This document shows, piece after piece, positions 1-9,794 of a DNA stretch of 47,110 bases. Position numbers and translations under genes: made by a program. Positions within the stretch are counted from its first letter, which is position 1, and every line of letters begins with the position of its first letter. Location of the stretch: positions 1 to 47,110 of the forward strand of contig VGSE01000002.1 in the NCBI GenBank assembly GCA_016875135.1, in the 5' to 3' direction. The stretch is from Deltaproteobacteria bacterium. Lineage in GTDB: Bacteria > Bdellovibrionota > FAC87 > UBA2466. The notes under the pieces were generated by a model. The model saw only the letters and a list, made by a program, of their open reading frames with translations, was not told where the DNA came from and did no database searches.

Positions 1-771
1 CACTCGAGTGAAACCTGACGCGGCTTCTGCCACTTTGTACTCATCGTTTTCCTCAAGATAGAACGTCCCTGGCTGAACCGGAACATCGGCATTGATAGCT
101 TGGTTAAACTGAAAGCGCTTGGCATACTCGTTAAGTTCGTGGGGCTTTAAAATATAGAGTCCTACTTTTCCAAAAACAGAATTGATGGAGCGAGCAAAAG
201 CTTCTCTTAAAGTTACATGCCTAGCCCAGCGCGGGTTCATTTTTTGAGATAGATTTCTCTTATATAGGGTGTGATTCGAACCGGTATACGGAACAACAGT
301 GTCTGGTTTGGCTTTCTTTTGGTCGATAGCGGCAGCGGCGGTCACAACTTTGAAAATGGATGCAGCAGGAAATGTTGCTTTAAGCACCAGATTTCCCATC
401 TCTTTTCGTTCCCGGGTATAAGACACCAAAGAAAGGATCGCTCCGGTCGTAGCATCTATTGCAACAAAAGCCCCATAGTCCGGCTTGTACTGCTGAAATA
501 CCTTCTCCATCTGGTGCTGAGAGAGGAGATCTAAGTGATAAGTGGGTTGGAGCTTTTCCTTTTTTAAACCTACTTGAATTTCGATATCTTTTGGGAATAA
601 ATTTTCATTTAAGCTTGCTTCCAAAGAAGTCGCAATCCCGACTTTGGTCACTTGAGGAGCTAAGCTACGTAAGGGCTGTGCGATAAACATCACAAACCCA
701 TAGGTCACTGCGGCAAAAAACAAAAGATAAACGACAAGCCTTTTGGCCTTCTTAGTTTCCTTTCGCCCCAT
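1..771 (-). CDS. Penicillin-binding protein, transpeptidase domain (N-terminal 257 codons; continues past left window edge)
   Basis: Hand translation of the minus strand from ATG at 771-769 is open to base 1. It reads MGRKETKKAKRLVVYLLFFAAV (TM anchor), then VAIDATTGAILSLVS, an SxxK motif (SIFK) and an SxN motif (SIN). Absent from the ORF track because it has no stop inside the window. Confidence 0.75.
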   Translation of the reverse strand, partial: MGRKETKKAKRLVVYLLFFAAVTYGFVMFIAQPLRSLAPQVTKVGIATSLEASLNENLFPKDIEIQVGLKKEKLQPTYHLDLLSQHQMEKVFQQYKPDYGAFVAIDATTGAILSLVSYTRERKEMGNLVLKATFPAASIFKVVTAAAAIDQKKAKPDTVVPYTGSNHTLYKRNLSQKMNPRWARHVTLREAFARSINSVFGKVGLYILKPHELNEYAKRFQFNQAINADVPVQPGTFYLEENDEYKVAEAASGFTRV

Positions 772-830
772 AAAGGTAACTATATTCGCAGAAGCGAAGA
801 CTGGCTAGTGGGAATTGCCGCTTTAAACAC

Positions 831-983
831 TTAGAACAGCGTATAAACAAAGGGAGCCATCGCTGAACCCTGAGCAAAAACAAGAAGCGCTCCTAAGCTC
901 AACAAAGTGATTAAAATAGGAAGTAACCAAAACTTTTTTCGAACTTTCATAAATCCCCAAAGATCTCTCATAAAATCACTCAT
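831..983 (-). CDS. DUF5989-like small membrane protein (50 aa)
   Basis: Hand translation: MSDFMRDLWGFMKVRKKFWLLPILITLLSLGALLVFAQGSAMAPFVYTLF*. GAGGAG RBS 7 nt upstream. It matches my memory of the small peptide that follows SxtJ/carbamoyltransferase genes. Below the 60-aa ORF-track cutoff. Confidence 0.7.
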   Translation of the reverse strand: MSDFMRDLWGFMKVRKKFWLLPILITLLSLGALLVFAQGSAMAPFVYTLF

Positions 984-999
984 GGTAGTTTTCTCCTCT

Positions 1000-1413
1000 T
1001 TAAAAGGGTTGTTCCATCTGTTTGACTTCGCGAGGGGTCTCTCTCACTTGCCTAAACGTAGTCTCCCCGCAACCGGAAAATCGTCTCAATCTATCACGTT
1101 TTATTGCACGGAAAAAAACGGCTAAAGGGAAAAACAATAAACCATAACAAATCGTCAATAAAATAGTCGAATTGATCTTTCCAAGAACCAGACCCACTCG
1201 CATCCAAATGCGATAAAGTGGATTTAAAGCTTTAGGGTAGACAAGCGCTGTCAACCAAAACACGCCTAAAACAGCCCAAGGCCATCCGACAAACTCTCTT
1301 TTTAAAACCAACCAAGGATAAAGAGAAAAGAGCACCACCACTGCTCCTCCCATCAAAAACCCATAGTCTCTCAAAGTTTTTAGTTCCATTTTTTCAACCC
1401 TAATCAAGTTCAA
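1000..1413 (-). CDS. SxtJ-family membrane protein
   Basis: Track ORF with 3-4 hydrophobic helices. It sits between the carbamoyltransferase and the DUF5989-like peptide, which is the usual arrangement. The true start may be the ATG at 1389 (MELKTLRDYG...). Confidence 0.6.
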   Translation of the reverse strand: MNLIRVEKMELKTLRDYGFLMGGAVVVLFSLYPWLVLKREFVGWPWAVLGVFWLTALVYPKALNPLYRIWMRVGLVLGKINSTILLTICYGLLFFPLAVFFRAIKRDRLRRFSGCGETTFRQVRETPREVKQMEQPF

Positions 1414-3241
1414 ACTCCTTTTGCCATGAGAGGTCTATTTTCAAAGGGGTTTGTTCCTTTTTAGAAAGAAGATAATTTTCTAAAACTAAATAATCCATTT
1501 CAGTTCTCATAAAACAACGATAAGCATCTTCCGTCGTACACACAATGGGTTCGCCTCGAACGTTAAAACTTGTGTTCACCAAAACCCCACACCCAGTTTT
1601 TTCCTTAAAGGTATTAAGCAGAGCATGAAATTTAGGATTGGTCCTTTGGTGAACCGTTTGAACTCTAGCTGAGTAATCGACGTGAGTAACCGCAGGGATT
1701 GAGGATCTCGGACAATTAAGTTTCTCAATTCCAAAGAGCATCTTTTGCTCTTCGGTCATCGGCATTTGATGTTGTGGGGCTATAGGCGCCACTAGCAACA
1801 TATAGGGACTTTCCTGCCGAAGGTCAAACCACTCACCGACATCTTCGGCCAAAACAGCAGGAGCAAAGGGTCTAAAAGATTCCCGATACTTGATCTTCAA
1901 ATTCATTACCGATTGCATTTTTCGGCTTCTCGGATCTCCTATGATAGATCTCCCTCCTAAAGCTCTTGGACCAAACTCCATTCTCCCCTGGCACCATCCA
2001 ATCACATTCTCTTTTTCAAGAAGATCCGCGACTGTTTCGTAAAGACGACTCTCAGAAAGCAGATCATATTTCGCCCCCAATTTTTCTAGGGTGAATCTAA
2101 TATCAGATTCTTCAAGCTTAGGTCCTAAATAACTTCCCTGCATTTGATCTTGCGCCCCATTGAGATTTCTAGGATTCTCAAAGTACTCATACCAAGCGGA
2201 AAGAGCTGCACCCAACGCCCCACCGGCATCTCCGGCTGCAGGTTGAATCCAAAGATTCTTAAATGGCCCCTCCCTAAGCAATCTTCCATTGGCCACGCAA
2301 TTAAGCGCCACTCCCCCGGCTAAACAAAGAGAATCTACTTTAAGCTCCTTATGAATAGTGCGAGCTAACCGCAGGACCACCTCTTCGGTGACAACTTGGA
2401 TGGATCGAGCAAGATCCATCTCCTTTTGTGTGATCTTTCCTTCTGCTTGTCTTGGAGGGCCGCCAAAAAGCTCATGGAATTTCGGACCGGTCATAGTTAG
2501 ACCTACCGCGAAATTAAAGTACTCCATATTTAAATGAAAAGTACCGTCCTCTTTCAAATCGATAAGATGCTGATAAATCAGGTCTACATATTTTGGCTCC
2601 CCATAAGGAGCTAATCCCATCAGTTTGTACTCTCCGGAATTGACTTTAAATCCCGTGTAATAAGTAAAAGCGGAGTACAACATTCCTAAAGAATGAGGAA
2701 ATTCAATTTCCCATTGTAAGTCGAGTCGATTTTTATCCCCTAACCAAACAGAAGTCGTCGCCCACTCCCCCACTCCATCTAGACAAAGCACCGCGGCCTT
2801 TTCAAAAGGGCTCGGGAAAAAAGCGGAAGCAGCATGCGATTGGTGATGTTCGGCAAAAAGAAGCTTAGGGGTTTTGGCTTTTTTGGAACTCGATAGTGTT
2901 TTAAGTTCCTTTTTCAACATCGACTTTAAAAAGAGTTTTTCTTTTAGCCAAACAGGCATGGCCATTAAAAAAGAGGAAAGTCCTTTGGGCGAATAGGACA
3001 GATAGGTCTCAAGCAATCTCTCAAACTTGGTCAGAGGCTTATCGTAGAAAACGACCACATCAACGCAATCAATCCGAGACCTGGCTTCTTTCAAACAGTA
3101 CTCAATGGCGTTTTTGGGGAACCTGCTATCATGTTTCTTTCGAGTAAAACGCTCTTCTTGAGCTGCGGCCACAATTTGGCCATCCTCAATCAAACAAGCA
3201 GCGCTATCGTGGTAATAAGCCGAAATACCAAGTATTTTCAT
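1400..3241 (-). CDS. Carbamoyltransferase (NodU/CmcH family)
   Basis: 613 aa. N-terminus MKILGISAYYHDSAACLIEDGQIVAAAQEERFTRKKHD is typical of the ASKHA-like NodU/CmcH N-domain; the C-terminal carbamoyltransferase domain is present (VNTSFNVRGEPIV). Confidence 0.85.
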   Translation of the reverse strand: MKILGISAYYHDSAACLIEDGQIVAAAQEERFTRKKHDSRFPKNAIEYCLKEARSRIDCVDVVVFYDKPLTKFERLLETYLSYSPKGLSSFLMAMPVWLKEKLFLKSMLKKELKTLSSSKKAKTPKLLFAEHHQSHAASAFFPSPFEKAAVLCLDGVGEWATTSVWLGDKNRLDLQWEIEFPHSLGMLYSAFTYYTGFKVNSGEYKLMGLAPYGEPKYVDLIYQHLIDLKEDGTFHLNMEYFNFAVGLTMTGPKFHELFGGPPRQAEGKITQKEMDLARSIQVVTEEVVLRLARTIHKELKVDSLCLAGGVALNCVANGRLLREGPFKNLWIQPAAGDAGGALGAALSAWYEYFENPRNLNGAQDQMQGSYLGPKLEESDIRFTLEKLGAKYDLLSESRLYETVADLLEKENVIGWCQGRMEFGPRALGGRSIIGDPRSRKMQSVMNLKIKYRESFRPFAPAVLAEDVGEWFDLRQESPYMLLVAPIAPQHQMPMTEEQKMLFGIEKLNCPRSSIPAVTHVDYSARVQTVHQRTNPKFHALLNTFKEKTGCGVLVNTSFNVRGEPIVCTTEDAYRCFMRTEMDYLVLENYLLSKKEQTPLKIDLSWQKEFELD

Positions 3242-3355
3242 CGAGTTTCCCTAAAAATTTGGGCTAAAAAGCGTAAGAAGATTTTATTATTTCAGAGAGA
3301 GTGCCTTAAACACAAGCAAAAGTTGACCTGACCCACCAAGTCATAGTAGAAATCG

Positions 3356-3523
3356 ATGATGAACTTAGGATTTCAAGAACTTTTAGTCATATTCATTATT
3401 GCTCTGTTGGTGTTTGGACCTAAACGGCTTCCTGAACTTGGAAAAAGCTTAGGGAAAGGCATTCGAGATTTTAAGAAAGCCTTAAACGATTCAGACGACC
3501 AAACTCCGCAACTTCCGGCTTAA
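3356..3523 (+). CDS. tatA: Twin-arginine translocase subunit TatA/E (55 aa)
   Basis: Hand translation: MMNLGFQELLVIFIIALLVFGPKRLPELGKSLGKGIRDFKKALNDSDDQTPQLPA*. Canonical TatA TM helix plus FGPKRLPELG hinge. Below the ORF-track cutoff. Confidence 0.85.
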   Translation: MMNLGFQELLVIFIIALLVFGPKRLPELGKSLGKGIRDFKKALNDSDDQTPQLPA

Positions 3524-3558
3524 AGGGAGCAAGTATTTAAATCTACAACTTGATTGTT

Positions 3559-4245
3559 CTATTTATGGATAATCACTTGTTCGGCAGAGAACCGTACTTT
3601 AGCCAGTTTAGAATAAAAATCCCCTGCGCTTCGATACCCCACTGCGCATGCCACGCACGTTTGATACCCTGAACCCTCTAGCTCCAATACTTCATCGTAT
3701 TTTTGAGGCTCAATCCCTTCCATAGGGCAAGCATCAATACCCATTACAGCCACTGTGGTCATGAGATTTCCAAGAGCAATATAGCATTGCCGGGTCGCCC
3801 ACTCGCTCAGACGATCTTTTCTCTCCCCGTTAAGCAGATCACCGATCATCATCTTTTTGTAACTCTCCAGTTTTTCTTTTGAGACATTTCGAACTTGAGA
3901 GTTTAAAGAAATAAAATCTTCAATGTATTTTTCATTTAAATCAATTTTGTTGGCGAAAACGACATAGTGGGAACAATCTTCAACTTGAGTTTGATTCCAG
4001 CTTATAGGCTTCAGTTTTTTTCTTAATTCAGGACTTTGGACCACAATAAATTTCCATGGCTGAAGTCCGTAAGAAGATGGAGTCAGAACCAATGATTTTT
4101 CTATTGTTTGCCAATCTGGTTCAGAAATCTTTTTTTGAGGATCAAATTTTTTAACTGCGTAACGCCATTCCAACTGTTTAATGAGGTCTTGATTAGAAGT
4201 CAGGTTCATGTTCAGGGTTTTATTTTCTTTCCCCCTAATCGTCAA
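3559..4245 (-). CDS. Nitroreductase-family NAD(P)H-dependent oxidoreductase
   Basis: LEWRYAVKKFDP...SSYGLQPWKFIVV is the nitroreductase-fold signature. The likely true start is the internal MNLTSNQ. Confidence 0.75.
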   Translation of the reverse strand: MTIRGKENKTLNMNLTSNQDLIKQLEWRYAVKKFDPQKKISEPDWQTIEKSLVLTPSSYGLQPWKFIVVQSPELRKKLKPISWNQTQVEDCSHYVVFANKIDLNEKYIEDFISLNSQVRNVSKEKLESYKKMMIGDLLNGERKDRLSEWATRQCYIALGNLMTTVAVMGIDACPMEGIEPQKYDEVLELEGSGYQTCVACAVGYRSAGDFYSKLAKVRFSAEQVIIHK

Positions 4246-4263
4246 CTTCTCGCGCAGCGATTT

Positions 4264-5559
4264 TTATTTTAGCTTCTCTAAAAACCGATTGTACCTTCGC
4301 AAAGCATCGTCCGTTTGAAATTTAGCCCGTTTCAGGGCCTGCTCCACCGACATTCTTCCGGCTAGAATCCGCTCCATCGCAGACTCAAGATTATCTCGAG
4401 CCTCAGCAAAAACCCCCATCAAAGCCCCTTGAGTTGCAGGCATCACGGCCGAGTTTTTTAACTGTTCAATGGCCGTTTTTGCTGCTGGAAATTTTTTATA
4501 AAAACCTTCTCTCTCAAGTTCCTTAATTAAATCTTCACGAATCGGAAAGTACCCGGTCCCCATGTGCCAGCGCTTTTGAACGTCTTTACTGGCCATATAC
4601 CTCACAAATCTGTAACTTGCTTCTACCTCTGTTCGGGGTTTGTCCTTAAGAATCCACAGCGAATTTCCTCCTACGACGGTTCCCCCCGTAGAAATTCCAT
4701 CGGCTAAAGGAATAGGGGCAGTGCTCACCCGAAACGTGGCTTTCCTAACCACTTCAAAAACATCACTGGTCGAATGGAGCATCATGGCACTTCTTCCAGC
4801 TAGAAAATTGGCCTCTGCAGGATCCCAACCTCTTCCAACATTGGTAAAGATTCCTTCATCCGCCATTTCCTTCCATAGAGTCGCAAAGCGAATCGCTTCA
4901 GGAGTTAAATATAACGCCTCGGTCGCTCTTGCTTGACGACCGTTGGCTTGGTTCACCAAAACCTGCCCCTGTCTTGCGATAAACTGCTCAAAAAACCACG
5001 AAGTCAGAGGCCAAGTAAGTCCGGTTTTACCTTGTTTGCGGTCTGTTAAACGCCGCGCCCATTCTTTTAGCTCTGAAAAGGTTTTGGGGGGGCGATCCAA
5101 TCCGACTTTTTCGAAAGCCTCTACATTGTAATAAAGAATGGGATTAGAGGTCGCAAAAGGCAGCGAAAATAGCTTTCCATTCACTTCATAGTAACGCTTG
5201 ATAGGGGGAAGAAGTTGCTTTAGCGGAAATGAAGGATCCTGATCGATAAATTCCTGCAGAGGTGCCACCGCCCTTGTGTCAATCATCACTTGAGTACCGA
5301 TATCGGTAATTTGAGCAATATGAGGCCCTTGTTTTGCTAAAAGGGCGGTTCGAATTTTATTTAGCCCTTCTTCATAACTTCCGGCGAATTGAGGCAACAC
5401 TTCAACTTGACCGACATTTTCTGGAAGCCGATTAAACTCTTCCACGAGTCTAACGAGAAGCTTTCCCTTCTCTCCAGTCATCGAGTGCCAAAATGTAAGC
5501 TTGCCGGGAGCGCCCAATAACTGAACTTGAATGAATACGATCAATAATAAACACTTCAT
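4264..5559 (-). CDS. ABC transporter extracellular solute-binding protein (family 1, UgpB/sugar type)
   Basis: 431 aa with a signal peptide. It lies last in an ATPase-permease-permease-SBP operon. Confidence 0.75.
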   Translation of the reverse strand: MKCLLLIVFIQVQLLGAPGKLTFWHSMTGEKGKLLVRLVEEFNRLPENVGQVEVLPQFAGSYEEGLNKIRTALLAKQGPHIAQITDIGTQVMIDTRAVAPLQEFIDQDPSFPLKQLLPPIKRYYEVNGKLFSLPFATSNPILYYNVEAFEKVGLDRPPKTFSELKEWARRLTDRKQGKTGLTWPLTSWFFEQFIARQGQVLVNQANGRQARATEALYLTPEAIRFATLWKEMADEGIFTNVGRGWDPAEANFLAGRSAMMLHSTSDVFEVVRKATFRVSTAPIPLADGISTGGTVVGGNSLWILKDKPRTEVEASYRFVRYMASKDVQKRWHMGTGYFPIREDLIKELEREGFYKKFPAAKTAIEQLKNSAVMPATQGALMGVFAEARDNLESAMERILAGRMSVEQALKRAKFQTDDALRRYNRFLEKLK

Positions 5560-5561
5560 GA

Positions 5562-6404
5562 CTAGCCTTTAATCCCGCTCATGGTCATCCCTTTCACAAA
5601 CTGTCTTTGGGTAGCAATAAAGAGTAAAACGGTCGGCGAAATCAACATAGCCGTTGCCGCCATGATCACTCCCCAGCTCATCGACTCATTTTGAGAGCGA
5701 AACATTCCGATTCCAATTTGGGCCGTTTGCATCTGTGTGGTTTGAGTCGTGATGAGAGGCCACAAGTATTGATTCCATGCCCCCACAAAAGCATAAATCC
5801 CAAAAGCGGTAATGGCCGGAAGCGATAGGGGAACGGCAAACTTAAAAAGAAATCTGAGTCTAGAGCACCCTTCAAGATAAGCGGCCTCTTCTAGTTCTTT
5901 CGGAATGGTCTTAAAAAACTGATAAAGAAAAAAGATCCCAAAGCCACTTGCTGAAAAGGGGACAATGAGAGCGGGATAGGTATTAAGCCAATTCCAACTC
6001 GCCAGAGTGAAGTAGTTGGGGATAATGGTAACCTCACCCGGTATCATCATCGTGCCCACGATGAGTGCCATCACCCATTTTTGTCCTTTAAATTCAAGCC
6101 GAGAAAGTGCGTAGGCGGCTAAGACCGAAGTGAATAACTGGCAAAACGTAATGAAGCTTGCCACAATAGCGGAATTCAATAAAAATCTTAAGAGCGGTGC
6201 CGAAGCCAAAGCCTCATGGTAATTGAACCACTGGATAGCTTTCGGAAATAATTTAGGAGGGTATTGAATCACTTCCGCCCCTTCTTTCCATGAGACGCAA
6301 AGCAAATAAAACAGAGGGAAGACTTGAATCAATGCGGGCAATAATAAAACGAGAGTCGCAATCCAACGTTGTTTCAGTTTTCGATCTTTAAAACGGCTAA
6401 CCAT
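5562..6404 (-). CDS. Carbohydrate-type ABC permease (UgpE/MalG-like)
   Basis: 280 aa, 6 TM, with an EAA loop (ELEEAAYLEGCSRLRFLFKFAVP). Confidence 0.8.
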   Translation of the reverse strand: MVSRFKDRKLKQRWIATLVLLLPALIQVFPLFYLLCVSWKEGAEVIQYPPKLFPKAIQWFNYHEALASAPLLRFLLNSAIVASFITFCQLFTSVLAAYALSRLEFKGQKWVMALIVGTMMIPGEVTIIPNYFTLASWNWLNTYPALIVPFSASGFGIFFLYQFFKTIPKELEEAAYLEGCSRLRFLFKFAVPLSLPAITAFGIYAFVGAWNQYLWPLITTQTTQMQTAQIGIGMFRSQNESMSWGVIMAATAMLISPTVLLFIATQRQFVKGMTMSGIKG

Positions 6405-7269
6405 AGTGAACCCTCTTTTTTGCCATTCGAAACTGAACCATCGTGGCCAAAAGAATTAACCCAAAGAGAATCACTGCCTCACTCGAAGCAAGCCCGGTTC
6501 TAAATTTAACAAAAGCATCTCGGTAAAGGTTATAAACCAGTGTAGTCGTTTCTCCCATCGGACCACCGGTAGTGAGAATATGGATTTGACCGAAACTTTG
6601 AAGAGAATTTATCACCGAAACAACACTCACAAAAAAAAGGGTGGGAGAAAGAAGAGGGAGGGTGACATAGCGAAAAACTTGCCAACTATTAGCCCCGTCC
6701 AGCTCGGCCGCTTCTTTGAGTTCAAGAGGAATTGAAGTTAAGCCGGCCAAAAAGAAAATAATATTAAATCCGATCTCTTTCCAAACAGTCGCCACAGCCA
6801 CTGCGACCAACGCCCAATCGGGATCGGCTAACCAATTAGGGCCGTGAATTCCTAGAACATCTAAAGCATAATTCAAAAATCCGGCCGTCGGATTATAGAT
6901 AAAGATCCAAAGCATCGCTGCCATGCTTGATGAAATCGCGACAGGAAGCAAAAAAAGCGTTCTAAACATATTTTGAAAAAAGGGGTTCGCATCTAGAAGC
7001 ACTGCTACTGTGAGGCTAATCACCAAACTTGGAATGACCGTATACAAAAGAAAGAAAAGGGTCACGCGAACCGTTTGCCAATAGTCAGGAGAATTAAACA
7101 GTACTTGATAATTTTCAAAGCCTACGAAAAAACTTCTTTTTGAAAAGGGCTCGACATCCTGGAAGCTGAGCCAAAAGGACTGCGCGGCGGGATAAAGTAC
7201 AAAGAGGGCCAGTACCGCGAGAGTCGGGAACAAAAGTCCCCAAGCTAAGGCTGAAGATTTTCTATTCAT
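6397..7269 (-). CDS. Carbohydrate-type ABC permease (UgpA/MalF-like)
   Basis: 290 aa, with an EAA loop (ELKEAAELDGANSWQVFRYVTLP). Its 3' end overlaps the next permease by 8 nt. Confidence 0.8.
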   Translation of the reverse strand: MNRKSSALAWGLLFPTLAVLALFVLYPAAQSFWLSFQDVEPFSKRSFFVGFENYQVLFNSPDYWQTVRVTLFFLLYTVIPSLVISLTVAVLLDANPFFQNMFRTLFLLPVAISSSMAAMLWIFIYNPTAGFLNYALDVLGIHGPNWLADPDWALVAVAVATVWKEIGFNIIFFLAGLTSIPLELKEAAELDGANSWQVFRYVTLPLLSPTLFFVSVVSVINSLQSFGQIHILTTGGPMGETTTLVYNLYRDAFVKFRTGLASSEAVILFGLILLATMVQFRMAKKRVHYG

Positions 7270-7325
7270 AACCTCTTCCCGCCGGCATCAAAGGAAAAAA
7301 CCTTACTTTTATCGACCCAAATAGA

Positions 7326-7461
7326 GACCGTTTCCCCCGTATGAGGAAATCGATCCGACTTAAGTTCACTCACAAGATAGTGATCATGAATTCGACCGTT
7401 TCCCCCGCATGAGGAAATCGATCCGACTTAAGTTCACTCACAAGATAGTGATCATGAATTC
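7326..7461. repeat. Direct tandem duplication, 2 x 68 bp (7326-7393 and 7394-7461), 1 mismatch (t7340 vs c7408)
   Basis: Read directly: gaccgtttcccccg[t/c]atgaggaaatcgatccgacttaagttcactcacaagatagtgatcatgaattc occurs twice head to tail. Confidence 0.95.
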
Positions 7462-8356
7462 GAACATGGATATAGGCAAGAGAACCCAAAGGTTCGACTA
7501 ACACAATTTGTCCCTTTCCCAGAAAGACACATTCCCCTTGACCGGTATTGGCAAGAAAAGTGTGTTCCGGCCTAACTCCCGCTGAACTCGCCTGAACATT
7601 TCCTTTTAGGCTCTGCAACAATTCGCCCTGCAAAAAATTCATTGAAGGAGTTCCTATAAAAGACGCGACAAATTTAGTTTTTGGATTTTGATAGAGTTCC
7701 AAAGGGCTCCCTACTTGTTCCAATTTACCTTGATACATCACTGCGATTCGATCGGCTAAGGTCATCGCTTCGACTTGATCATGCGTCACATAAATACTCG
7801 TAGCGCTCAATCTTCGATGAAGATGACTTATCTCAGTTCTCATTTTCACTCTTAGCTGAGCATCTAAGTTCGAGAGGGGCTCATCGAATAAAAAGACTTT
7901 GGGCTGGCGGACCATGGCTCGTCCCATTGCAACCCGTTGTTTTTGCCCACCTGACAACTGTCCCGGCTTTTTATCAAGGTGTGCAGAAAGGCCTAAAACC
8001 TCCGCAGCTTCATTAACGCGTCTTCCAATCTCTTTTTTATCAACTTTCGCTAATTCCAAGCCAAACTTAAGATTATCTCTAACAGTCATATGTGGATAGA
8101 GCGCATAATTTTGAAAAACCATGGCAACGCCTCTTAATTTAGGGGCCATCGTGGTTACATCTTGAGAGTCGATAGCGATATTGCCGGCAGAGGGAAGTTC
8201 AAGACCGGCAACCATGCGCAAGAGAGTGCTTTTTCCACATCCCGAAGGGCCCACAAGGACTACAAATTCTCCCGACCGAATAGAAAGTGACACTTCTTTA
8301 AGGACTTCAATATCTCCGAATTGTTTTTTGACACGGTCAATTTCCACGCTAGCCAT
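7370..8356 (-). CDS. ABC transporter ATP-binding protein (UgpC/MalK type), 3' end altered by a 68-bp tandem duplication
   Basis: Walker [10 protein letters not shown], signature LSGGQKQR, Walker B FLFDEPLS, and a C-terminal TOBE-like domain. The present stop at 7370 lies inside repeat copy 1. The ancestral frame continues to a TGA at 7266-7268 that overlaps the permease ATG. Confidence 0.85.
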   Translation of the reverse strand: MASVEIDRVKKQFGDIEVLKEVSLSIRSGEFVVLVGPSGCGKSTLLRMVAGLELPSAGNIAIDSQDVTTMAPKLRGVAMVFQNYALYPHMTVRDNLKFGLELAKVDKKEIGRRVNEAAEVLGLSAHLDKKPGQLSGGQKQRVAMGRAMVRQPKVFLFDEPLSNLDAQLRVKMRTEISHLHRRLSATSIYVTHDQVEAMTLADRIAVMYQGKLEQVGSPLELYQNPKTKFVASFIGTPSMNFLQGELLQSLKGNVQASSAGVRPEHTFLANTGQGECVFLGKGQIVLVEPLGSLAYIHVRIHDHYLVSELKSDRFPHAGETVEFMITIL

Positions 8357-8421
8357 GGATCCACCCTTAATAAACTCGATTTAGTTTACAGCTCAATAAA
8401 ACACGCTACTATTCCATTCAA

Positions 8422-9747
8422 ATGATTATCTTACTATTACTCTTTGGTCTATTTCCATTAACTTCTTTTTCGACAAACGATGGTGAATACGTAGAGCAAT
8501 TAACTCAGCGTCTTGTTCCTTTCTACGAGAAGCTTCACCAGAACCCCGAACTTTCCTTTCAAGAGGAAAAAACATCGACAGCATTTGCCGCTCAACTTCG
8601 AGAACTAGGCTTTCAAGTTCAGCACCCTTTTGGCGGTTTTGGAGTGGTCGGGACATTAAAAAATGGTGAAGGACCGACGGTATTACTAAGAACTGATTTG
8701 GACGCTCTTCCTATTTTAGAGCAAACCCAACTGCCCTACGCTTCGAAGATACGCAACAAAACGGCTCAAGGGCTCGAATCGGGAGTAATGCACGCTTGTG
8801 GTCACGACCTCCACATCACCAATATGGTCGGAGTTGCGAATTACTTAAAACAACATAAAAACCGCTGGAAAGGCACAGCGATGATTATTGGTCAACCAGC
8901 CGAGGAAAAAGGGGCAGGAGCCAAAGCCATGCTAAAAGCCGGCCTCTTTAAGAAGTTTCCTCACCCCAATTTCGCTCTAGCCATGCATGTCGAGTCTTCT
9001 CAAACCACCGGAAAAGTTAGATTGATATCAGGTCCAGTGACTGCCAACGTGGATTCCATTGATATCAAGATGAAAGGGCGCGGTGGCCACGGAGCTACCC
9101 CTCATGAGACCATCGATCCCATTCCCATGACCAGCGAGCTAGTTTTATCTTTGCAGTCTCTTGTTTCTAGGGAGAAAGACCCTTTTGAACCGGCCGTCAT
9201 CACAGTCGGATCATTTCACGCCGGCAGTAAACACAACATCATTGCCGATTATGCTCTACTCCAATTAACGATTAGAACATTCTCTCCCTCGGAGAGGACT
9301 CGCGTTATAGAGGGGATTACACGAAGGGCCAAAGCCATTGCAAGCGCTTATGGCGCCCCAGAGCCAGAAATAAACTCATCTGAAGATCCAGTCCCTAGCG
9401 TCATTAATGACCCAGAAATGGTTGCCACCCTTAAACCCGTAATAACTCGAATAATAGGAGCAAAGAACATTTTAGATGGTCACCCATCAACAGTAGGCGA
9501 AGACTTTAGCCGATATGGGCTTGAGGGAGTTCCAAGTGTTATGGTTTCAGTTGGGGTTCTAACGGAGAAAAGATTAGAACAATACCGAAAGAAAGGCCAT
9601 GTCCCTTCTCTCCACTCCTCAACTTTTTATCCCAGTGTTCTTGAGACGCTTAGAATAAGTATTCCAGTGCTTGGAGAGAGCGCCATCGAACTCTTCAATC
9701 CTCAAGACGGCCGTTTGGCCCCTTTAAAGAGCCCCATCAAAGGATAA
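8422..9747 (+). CDS. M20D-family amidohydrolase (aminoacylase/hippurate-hydrolase-like), secreted
   Basis: 441 aa with an N-terminal signal peptide. MHACGHDLH metal-binding motif and typical M20D length. Confidence 0.75.
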   Translation: MIILLLLFGLFPLTSFSTNDGEYVEQLTQRLVPFYEKLHQNPELSFQEEKTSTAFAAQLRELGFQVQHPFGGFGVVGTLKNGEGPTVLLRTDLDALPILEQTQLPYASKIRNKTAQGLESGVMHACGHDLHITNMVGVANYLKQHKNRWKGTAMIIGQPAEEKGAGAKAMLKAGLFKKFPHPNFALAMHVESSQTTGKVRLISGPVTANVDSIDIKMKGRGGHGATPHETIDPIPMTSELVLSLQSLVSREKDPFEPAVITVGSFHAGSKHNIIADYALLQLTIRTFSPSERTRVIEGITRRAKAIASAYGAPEPEINSSEDPVPSVINDPEMVATLKPVITRIIGAKNILDGHPSTVGEDFSRYGLEGVPSVMVSVGVLTEKRLEQYRKKGHVPSLHSSTFYPSVLETLRISIPVLGESAIELFNPQDGRLAPLKSPIKG

Positions 9748-9794
9748 AAGGCGTTAAACTTGCCGACGTAGCTTTAATTTCAAGGCAAAAAAAA

